Source of the DNA: Azolla caroliniana
Taxonomy: Eukaryota; Plantae; Polypodiophyta
Reading direction: 5' to 3'
NCBI GenBank assembly: GCA_043228905.1
Contig: JBHGNT010000653.1
Span: forward strand, 1 to 18,405
DNA: 18,405 nt
Positions 11,401-18,405 of the stretch are shown here, piece by piece; position 1 is the stretch's first letter; each line of letters starts with the position of its first letter. The notes under the pieces were generated by a model. That model worked only from the letters and a program-made list of their open reading frames with translations. It had not been told where the DNA came from and did not search any database. A program made the position numbers and the translations under genes.

Positions 11401-12081
11401 GTTAGATAGTCACGTAGATTGAAGTTGTTATTATAATGAAGAACAGTTTCCAGGAGCAGTAAGCTATTCAGCCTAGAAAATATATATCGTAATAAGTATA
11501 CCTCGTTATATATTCTTTTAAATAGTAGGTGTGACTTTTATAGATTCTAAACCTATATTGAGGAGAATTTGCCATAGTGAAGGCAATTTGTAGATCATTT
11601 TCTACTATTTTAAGCTAAAGTACGTCATAAACAACCTATAAGTAGAGCATGTATTTGTTTAAACGTAAGTAAAGTAAACATAAAAAAGACTGATTTTGCC
11701 AGACAATTTGATATCATTTCCACCCCGTAACGATTTTTCTCTCTCAAAGGCTACACTTTAAACACGAACTCGATACGGCGTATCGAGTTCGTGTTTAAAA
11801 CCTACACTTTAAACATGAACTCGATACGGCGTATCGAGTTCGTGTTTAAAACCTATACTTTAAACACGATCTCGATACGGCGTATCGAGTTCATGTATAC
11901 AATACAAATATTTACACACGAACTCGATACGCCGTATCGAGTTCGTGTATAAATATTTGTATTGTATACATGAACTCGATACGCTGTATCGAGTTCTTGG
12001 GAAACGAAACATATTTACAAAAATGTCCACAGTGTCAGAGGCCTACCTGGACTCCTCGCGCTCGACTCTCTTGGAAGACAT
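8145..12081 (-). CDS. Six-exon gene: ParB/Srx-like domain fused to a beta-class N6-adenine/N4-cytosine DNA methyltransferase (~974 aa; one extra base at ~11108-11114)
   Basis: Predicted exons 12081-12047, 11370-9732, 9655-9517, 9433-8967, 8878-8586 and 8497-8145. All five introns are GT-AG with matching phases (2,2,0,2,1) and the joined frame has no internal stop. Motifs: IADIPYG (motif IV), WIK...FVNAIEYI, NPYQKPQRLMMRLIEMFS-EGDWILDLFSGTGTTSACALKLFRNTVALEKD (motifs X, I, II). Exon 1 is the least certain. Confidence 0.85.
8586..8878 (-). CDS. Exon 5: methyltransferase motifs X and I (QKP...DLFSGTG)
   Basis: Acceptor ttttatag|G, donor G|GTATT; open frame (W)IKTNVNRRPTFRFVNAIEYITVGYF...NPYQKPQRLMMRLIEMFSVEGDWILDLFSGTG. 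Confidence 0.88.
8967..9433 (-). CDS. Exon 4: catalytic motif IV (DIPY at 9172-9161)
   Basis: Acceptor ctattag|AAA, donor TG|GTAAGT; VVCGDVIDLIQKVPKKEYTLMIADIPYG resembles the GD...L...D(P)PY start of N6_N4_Mtase domains. Confidence 0.88.
9517..9655 (-). CDS. Exon 3: linker (absent from the ORF track)
   Basis: Acceptor ttttatag|T, donor TGG|GTTAGT; open frame HKVYMKIQEVMMKQLGCITWEQVTEDYPLTSSYKALSEYFIAFKDW joins exons 2 and 4 in phase. Confidence 0.8.
9732..11370 (-). CDS. Exon 2: N-terminal region and ParB/Srx-like domain (~10605-10170)
   Basis: IREPHRMHVQNLKKKM...PFIVMV...YFVIGGSHSAEARRQL...IYVGLTTEEAKLLAWDHN...MSSIERI follows the ParB N-terminal domain pattern; donor AA|GTAAGT. ORFs 11076-11273 and 9728-11128 join if one base is removed from the T7 run. 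Confidence 0.75.
11757..11996. repeat. Array of five palindromes (core GAACTCGATACG-N-CGTATCGAGTTC) within predicted intron 1
   Basis: Centres at 11778, 11829, 11880, 11932 and 11984. Copy 1 is a perfect 21+1+21-bp palindrome. 11871-11993 is itself a larger inverted repeat with 2 mismatches. Confidence 0.95.
12047..12081 (-). CDS. Predicted exon 1 of the ParB-methyltransferase gene (MSSKRVEREESR)
   Basis: CAACC-ATG context; donor CAG|GTAGGC; phase 2 matches the acceptor at 11371; TATA box upstream. Confidence 0.6.
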
Positions 12082-12135
12082 GGTTGATCGTGTTGTGTGG
12101 AGGCGGAGATCGCGCTTTCGTGCTTTGTGCCTTGA

Positions 12136-12189
12136 GTGCTCTGTGTGCTCTGTGTGCTCTGTGTGCTCTGTACGCTCTGTACGCTCTGG
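12136..12189. repeat. 9-bp tandem repeat (GTGCTCTGT/ACGCTCTGT) x6 in the predicted 5' UTR
   Basis: Read directly from the sequence. Confidence 0.9.
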
Positions 12190-12214
12190 TGAGTGAAATA
12201 TGATGAGGTCTTCC

Positions 12215-12222
12215 TATTTATA
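12215..12222 (-). promoter_or_regulatory. TATA box of the methyltransferase gene
   Basis: CCTATAAATAGG on the minus strand, ~135 nt upstream of the exon-1 ATG, followed ~25-30 nt later by a pyrimidine-rich initiator-like TCACTCA. Confidence 0.6.
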
Positions 12223-12894
12223 GGGATTGAACCCATGGTTAAAGTAACCATAGTCACCTTAACCAATGTTGGTAACTTTGAGGATAGTTAGTTTGTAACC
12301 ATAGTCACATTAACTATAGTAACTTATGATTGTATTAATGATTACAAAGTCAAACTAACATATTGATCAATCTTTTATACTCATAACAACCTACAATCAC
12401 TTCAAAGGTTATGAAGGAGACAATGATAGAGGTTCATGATTGTACCAATGATTGATTACTAAAAGCAAAAAATTTTATGACTCTCAAATGTTATGTATTA
12501 AAGATGTGGGCATGAATTAACCAATGATTGGTAAGTCTAATATTTAAAATGGTGAGCATTAAAGAATCAATGAGTGAGACGTTCTATATCAAAATGGGTG
12601 TCATTAATTAGCCAATGATTTTAACATTAATCCAACATATTCAAGGCTTGTTAATGATTAGTTTTAATTTTACTTGATTTAACATCATTTAGATCTAGTT
12701 TATATAATGATTGATAATTTAAGTTAAATTACTTTATTAAAAATAATTTTTAGATGTATTGTATTTTAATAGAATATTACATAATATAGACATTCTATTG
12801 ATTTGGCTTTTCTTTAGAGAGAAGTTTATGTTTAGGGAGGAGTATATGGTTAGAGAGGAGTATAACTTAGAGAGCCCTATCTAGACCTTAAGCC

Positions 12895-15676
12895 ATGAGT
12901 GAAGATTCACCGTTCTCGATTGAAGAATATTGTTTGTCATCAGACCCATCGTTTTCTACTGAAGAGTATTGTTTGTCAACAGAGTCACCATATTCGATTG
13001 AAGAATATTGTCTTTCGACCGACTCACCATATTCTATCGAAGAATATTGTCTGAGCTCATCTATAGGGAATGTAAATAATGACACATGTGAAGAGTTCTC
13101 TATTGAAGAATACGATATTAATAAAGATACCGAGAATGAAGGAAGTGCCCAGGAAACATTGAATAACATTGGCGATGGTCAGAACAGAGAATTAGACTGT
13201 AACAAGGTTACACCAACCTCTATGCAGGAAGAGAAATCTGGGAGCCCTATGCATATTAGAAGAATCCCACGAAGAATTCGTCTGGCTAGATTTAGCTTGG
13301 TGACATCAGATAAACAGATTGGATTTGATGTCAACAAAATATGTTGTGCCCGTGGTTGTATGTCTATGATTGGAAAATCAAAGTTGCGAGAATTAAGGCG
13401 ATACTATTTTTCGATGACCGGTGATGAGCAAGACACTTACCTCGGATCACATATGCAACTAGTATCTGACAAATGTACGGGGATCAAAGTATCATTCGAG
13501 TATTATATCTTCCATGCGCAACAGATATGTAGAGTTGCATTCAAAATTGTGTTATGTGTTAGTAACATGCGGCTACATAGAGTACAACAACGTCTACTTA
13601 GCGGGGATCAGATGCTCAATTGTAAAGAGGTTCCAAGTATGAAAGGTGCAATTGGAAGACTAGCTATTGGTTGGATGAAAACTTACTTTCAGTTAAATTG
13701 TGAAGTAATGCCCACTACAGGTAGGATGCATCTTTCTAATAATTATACCCGTCGGGAAGTTTATGATGTCTATCGATCTGAAATGTTGGGCTCACGTAAT
13801 AAGTCTATCACCTATAGCCAATTCACAAGATTATGGAGAGCTCGGTTTTTCAAATGTTATTATTCCTCGTAAAGTACGTATGGGTTATTGCTCCATTTGT
13901 GCAAATCTTAAAAGTTTGGCTAAAGGTGCAAAGACATCAATGGAAAAGGATACGAGTAAGAAGTTACTACAAGAGCATCGTGAGGCACAATCCTTAGAAC
14001 GAAGGAAGGCGATGCATCATAGAGAGAAGTGTTTGAAGAGGCCTGAACAATACATGTGCTTAATGATAGATGGCATGGACCAGAAGAAGACATGCTTGCC
14101 GCATATGCGGAGGCTCCCCAAAGATGTCAATGATGAGTGCCTTGTTCAAATGCACTTGGTGGGATGCTTGGCTTATAATAGGTCTGTTCGACCTCACGTC
14201 TTCATTACTTACCCCAATGTTCACAATGACCCTAACCTAACAGTTACAGTGATTCACCGAGTTTTGATGTCTTGGGGACAACCTTTCCCCCCTGTTCTAT
14301 ACATTCAATTGGACAATACTGCTAGAGAAAACAAAAATTCAACTGTATTTGGCTATCTAAGTATGTTGGTCAACCTAGAATTGTTTAGGAAAGTGAAAGT
14401 CAATTTCCTTTTGGTTGGCCACACACATGACCATATAGATCAGATGTTTAGCACATTCTCCAGACAGTTGTCTCGGCATGATGCTTTCACTTTACCTAAA
14501 CTATTTGATGTCATTTGTGATGCATATACACCACGCCCAAAAGTGTTACACTTGAAGGAGGTATATGACTTTAAGAGATATATATTAGATGGGGGTGGTG
14601 GGAATGTTAAAGTGCTTGCTCAGTTAAACAATATAAGTTTCAATCACATTTTTTTGATAAAGAAAAATGGAATAAGTGGTTCTACACTTTTGTATGCTAA
14701 ACAATATTCATCTTCTACAACATGGGAACCTGAAGGTGGTTGCCAGTTATTACTTTGTATGCCGAGTACAATTGTCCATGGAGCTAAGCAAATGCCAATT
14801 GAGAAGAAAGGACAGTTGCAGAGCGACTTGGTATTAGAACAAAAACGGTCATGGCTCCAAGCCTTAGAAGAAAAAAGAAAACATATTGAGGCCGCCAAGA
14901 AATATGCCGCACAACAAGACACGTCATGGTGGGATGTATTTTATAGTGATCAGAAAGAAATTATAGACAATTGTGTATCTGTTGATAATTGGAATTTGGA
15001 AACGCCATTCACATGGTCGCTGCAACATGATTGCGTAAATAGAAGTCCGGAGCGACTAGTAAATGCGATTAATGACAGCTTGGTCCATCCACAACAAAGA
15101 GACATTTATGTGGGACCAAGGATGACCAAAGCAGCCGAAGCTATTTGGCAAGGAAATTTGCAAGAGCTCACCGCGGGGATGTTGATTGCAACGCCGGCTG
15201 ATGAGAACTCACATGGCCACCAATTTTGGGTTGGTAAAATTCTAGAAGTGCTAATGCATGAAATAGATAACACGATCAAGTCTATAAATGTTCATTGGTA
15301 CAACACTAGAAGTGCAAATGCTTTTACAGGTAAGTATACATTGGAGATGATTGAATGCCAAACAAGAAGGGGAGGTAGGAAGAGGAAGCGAAACATTCGT
15401 AATACCTCGACCCTTGATATCTCTGATGTGGATATCATCGTGTACGACTTCACACTTACAAAAGCCGGACGATTAAGGAAGTCAACAATAGATATAATAA
15501 AAGAAAAATTACCAGGTCTACAAGGTGGCTCAAGTCAAAGGCAAACGAGATCTGCTACATATAATCTAGAGTCAAACCATTTGGTTTATGACGAAGATAA
15601 TGCACTGATTGGTACATCCGAGGATGATGAGGAGGAATCGTCATTGTATATTAGTTATAGTAGTGATTCTCCGTAA
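12895..15676 (+). CDS. Sola1-like DDE (RNase H-fold) transposase, ~926 aa, one extra base at 13846-13850
   Basis: CCARGC, QICRVAFKIVLCVSNMRL, CSIC...H zinc-binding motifs. Putative catalytic IDGMDQKK (D at 14069), QLDNTARENKN (D at 14312), FLLVGHTHDHIDQMFS. NLS-like RRGGRKRKR; acidic tail. ORFs 12895-13872 and 13763-15676 join as LWRARFSNVIIPRK. Superfamily assignment is by motif resemblance only. Confidence 0.75.
12904..13059 (+). repeat. 39-bp coding tandem repeat x4 (consensus DSPYSIEEYCLST) at the transposase N-terminus
   Basis: Units at 12904, 12943, 12982 and 13021; partial fifth copy near 13096. Confidence 0.9.
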
Positions 15677-16333
15677 AGGAGTGATCATGAATGTATATTT
15701 GGCTATTAAGTGTAACTACATTCCGCTTGTAACAAATCGAGTAATATAAAATCATGTGTTTTGAATTCTTATGATTTCCCAAAAATCGTTTCTTATAAAA
15801 TAACATTGGTTGTAAAGTTTGTGATATAAATTGAGAATGTATGTTTTTGAAATTCGTCTTTTTTTAGTTACTTCTAAATCACGAAAATAGTGGATTTTTA
15901 ACCTTTTTCATAGTATGTTTGAACTTGTATGATACTGGTATCAATGTGTTTTGTAAAATCATTGAAAAACCCCTAAAATTTCCCTTCTCCTTCCATTTAT
16001 GCGCGATCCTTCCACTTGTGAACGCGAACGTGTTTTGACCGCATCTTCTTGGAAGTGTGTGCATCTCAGGCAGTTGCAATAAAGCACATTGTTCCCTCAA
16101 GCTTGGCTTGCCCTTCTGATGATGAAGTGCCACTCAGTAGTCTACTACCTCGTGGCTTTAAGACGAAGAAGGGTGTGAAATCTTAGAAGAATGAAACAAA
16201 AAATAGGTGCATTACAAGATCCAGAAAAAACTAAAATTGAAGTATATTTTATTTAGATCGTTGTCTGTATATGATTACTTAATGCTAAGTTATTGATTAC
16301 CTGCTTCTTGACACTGTTTTGGTTTACTTATCT

Positions 16334-16814
16334 AGAATGTGAGTTTGATACTATTTGAGAACTCATCTTACAAAGAATGATCACAAAGAACTCATATGTG
16401 ACAGTTTTAGTACTAACTTGATATGCATTGTACTAACTTTGATACATATGAACTGTAAAAGAGTTATAGGCATAACATGGTATGTATACTTGAACAAACC
16501 TTTGTATTAGTACTAGCATTTAACGTGTTCAATCTGTGAATCATGAGTGTACCACACACTAGACAAAGCAAAGTGGATATAAAGAAGGAAAGAGTATGTG
16601 CTATGAATGATGACTGACCCTTACTTTTAACATCAAAATACCAAACACATGACACGAGAGGGCAAGGAAAGATACTTGACATGAGAATGTGAATTTGATA
16701 CTATTTGAGAACTCATCTTAGTAAGATAGATCGCATTGATATGTCTAGGTTAGTAAACACTTAACATAGTTTTAGTACTAACTTGATATGCATTGTACTA
16801 ACTTTGATACATAT
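16334..16814. repeat. Direct duplication of two sequence blocks
   Basis: 16334-16370 nearly matches 16684-16720; the 47-bp block 16403-16449 is identical to 16768-16814. The second copy is cut by the copia LTR. Confidence 0.85.
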
Positions 16815-17242
16815 TGAAAAGAATGGCATGCGGAAGCAACATAGGAAACCGAACAACAGAAAACATAGGTTTAATGGAAAGCTTAGGTTTGCACAGTATG
16901 GACGGGAGAGACAGAGAGAGAGAGTAAAAACCAGAACTATATTCAAAATAATACTCAAATCTGTACATTGTGTGTGTTCAATGAACACTTTATACAAGTC
17001 CTTTTTGGACTGATAGAAGTATTGACAGTACTTCAATGCTCATTAAGGAGCCCCTACACTAACTCCCAAATAAATTCCTTGCGGAATATCTTTCTGATGG
17101 CCTCACGGTTTCTGCACCGATCCGGCCTTCCTATGCACCGGTCTACGTACCGGTACCGATCCAGCCTAACCGATCGGTCCCAACCGATCCGATCCTCAGC
17201 TTGCTCACCCGATCTGGCCGATGTTGAGCTTGTCTCTCAACA
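16815..17242 (-). repeat. 3' LTR of the copia element (~428 bp)
   Basis: Minus strand starts TGTTGAG right after the PPT and ends TTTTCA. The outer edge is defined by loss of match to the duplicated host block (ACATAT|TG). Confidence 0.75.
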
Positions 17243-17253
17243 CTCCCCCTCAA
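17243..17253 (-). other. Polypurine tract of the copia element
   Basis: TTGAGGGGGAG immediately before TGTTG. Confidence 0.85.
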
Positions 17254-17769
17254 ACTCAACTTGAGGCTCTTCGGGATCTTCCGGGTCACCACTCCGGTTC
17301 CTCCTCGCTCGCACTCCTCGGCCTGTTCAACTCCGCGCGCTTCGACCCTTCCGGTCGTCTTGTCTGCTGCTATGGCCCTTCACAGCTCCCTTGCTGTCGC
17401 GGTGTTGGCGCTTCTCCTATTGCCTTCTTTCCTGCTTGGCCCTCGGTTGATTCAGTGTATCCGAATCAAACATCTGAACCGACTCGACTACCTCCGATCA
17501 GTTTTCGCTCTCATTCGAGTTGGCTGTCTCCAACTCATCTTCGGTCTTCTCACCTTTGATGGCGTCATCTCCCCCATGCTTGGTTGGCTTCAGCTCTTTC
17601 TTTCGGCTGCTCCCCTTATGTCCGCTTTTGGAGTCTTCCGCGGATCCGCCCTCGGCTTCTTCAGCCGATCCGAAGTCGAATTCGTCATCCGACTCGATGT
17701 CGCGGCCTCTTTTCCTCTCTTCCTGCTCCCTTGCACGGTCTTTCGAGACTGTTCTCCCCCTCAAGTTTG

Positions 17770-18405
17770 GCACGTCGAGGTGACACAACCCAAGCGCACC
17801 CGAGAATTGCCGCAACCATTCCAGACCAAGGGGCTAGGTGAAGATGTCGGCAGTTTGCCGATCCGTCGAAACATACTGAATTTTGACTTCACCGGAAAGG
17901 ACACGCTCACGGAAAAAATGGTAGTGGACCTCAATGTGCTTGGTCCGTGCGTGGAAAATGGGGTTCTTTGCGAGCTGGATGCTACTGAGGTTGTCATAGT
18001 AGATCGTCGTCTGATCAGACACCTCCTCTTGCAGGTCGTTAAGTAGCCGCTTCAACCATATGGCTTCGCATGTCAGGACAGCCGCTCCTCGGTACTCAGC
18101 TTCGGTGCTTGACAGTGCAACTGTCGGCTGCTTCTTACTGCTCCACGCTATCGCGGCACTCCCAAGAGAGAACGTGTATCTAGACGTGGATCGGCGATCG
18201 GCGGCGTTGCTAGCCCAATCAGCATCGGTGTAGCCGACCAACTGCAAGGTTGTACCGGTCCAGTATAGCAGTCCCCGGTCCTTAGTGCCACTTACGTACC
18301 GCAATATGCATTGCGCACACTGAAGGTGCTCCTCGGTAGGTCGCGCCATGAGCTGATTGATCACTCCGACCGGGTAACTTAGATTGGGTCGGGTGATTGT
18401 CAAGT
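17770..18405 (-). pseudogene. pol: copia pol fragment: RT C-terminus and RNase H
   Basis: TRPNLSYPVG, LVGYTDADWA, WSSKKQPTVALSSTEAEY, DNLSSIQLAKNPIFHARTKHIEVHYHF, QTADIFT*PLG. A premature TAG replaces the usual Lys at 17836-17834. Confidence 0.93.

Larger units (their letters stand above)
16815..18405 (-). mobile_element. 3' part of a Ty1/copia LTR retrotransposon (continues beyond the window)
   Basis: RT C-terminus/RNase H, PPT and 3' LTR in copia order on the minus strand. Confidence 0.93.

Noticed and set aside
11757-11996. CRISPR array
   Set aside because: The intervening sequences are short and repeat or invert each other rather than being unique spacers; no cas genes; eukaryotic context.
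8145-12081. Bacterial contamination or a prophage/restriction-modification locus
   Set aside because: Five phase-consistent GT-AG introns, a TATA box and flanking LTR retrotransposons; no restriction enzyme or ParA partner seen.
11945-12266. ORFs 11945-12196, 11970-12203 and 12015-12266 with CSV/ALC/QST repeats
   Set aside because: Open only because of the 9-bp tandem repeat; better explained as the 5' UTR, exon 1 and intron 1 of the methylase gene.
5539-16164. TIR pair GTCTTAAATGTCCAC (~5539) and GTGGCTTTAAGAC (~16152) bounding the transposase cassette
   Set aside because: Short gapped match with no extension and no TSD; could be chance. A 9-bp match AATCCACTA (~8062 vs ~15890) was rejected for the same reason.
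16464-17264. Short ORFs in the duplicated blocks and the copia LTR
   Set aside because: They cross repeat or LTR boundaries and lack domain features.

Overview
Eukaryotic, repeat-rich DNA, most likely from a land plant (inferred from GT-AG introns and plant-type Ty3 and Ty1 elements; the host cannot be fixed from sequence). From left to right: (1) an AT-rich stretch with repeated GTATTTAACGTA motifs, interrupted by a full-length but decayed ~4.66 kb Ty3/gypsy LTR retrotransposon (803-5462; 161-bp LTRs, tRNA-Ala-like PBS, ATAT TSD); (2) a decayed spliced gene for an acidic repeat protein (~5710-7318); (3) the main feature, a divergent two-gene cassette; (4) the 3' end of a Ty1/copia element on the minus strand (16815-18405), with an unusual in-frame extension between two identical PPT motifs. 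In the cassette, a six-exon minus-strand gene (12081-8145, ~974 aa after correcting one frameshift) fuses a ParB/Srx-like domain to a prokaryote-type beta-class N6A/N4C DNA methyltransferase (DIPY...DLFSGTGTT). It lies head-to-head with a ~926-aa Sola1-like DDE transposase gene (12895-15676, one frameshift). Predicted intron 1 of the methylase gene holds five palindromes spaced 51-52 bp apart. The best candidate for a new system is a eukaryotic DNA transposon carrying its own ParB-methyltransferase and a possible cognate palindromic site array. Its termini could not be identified.
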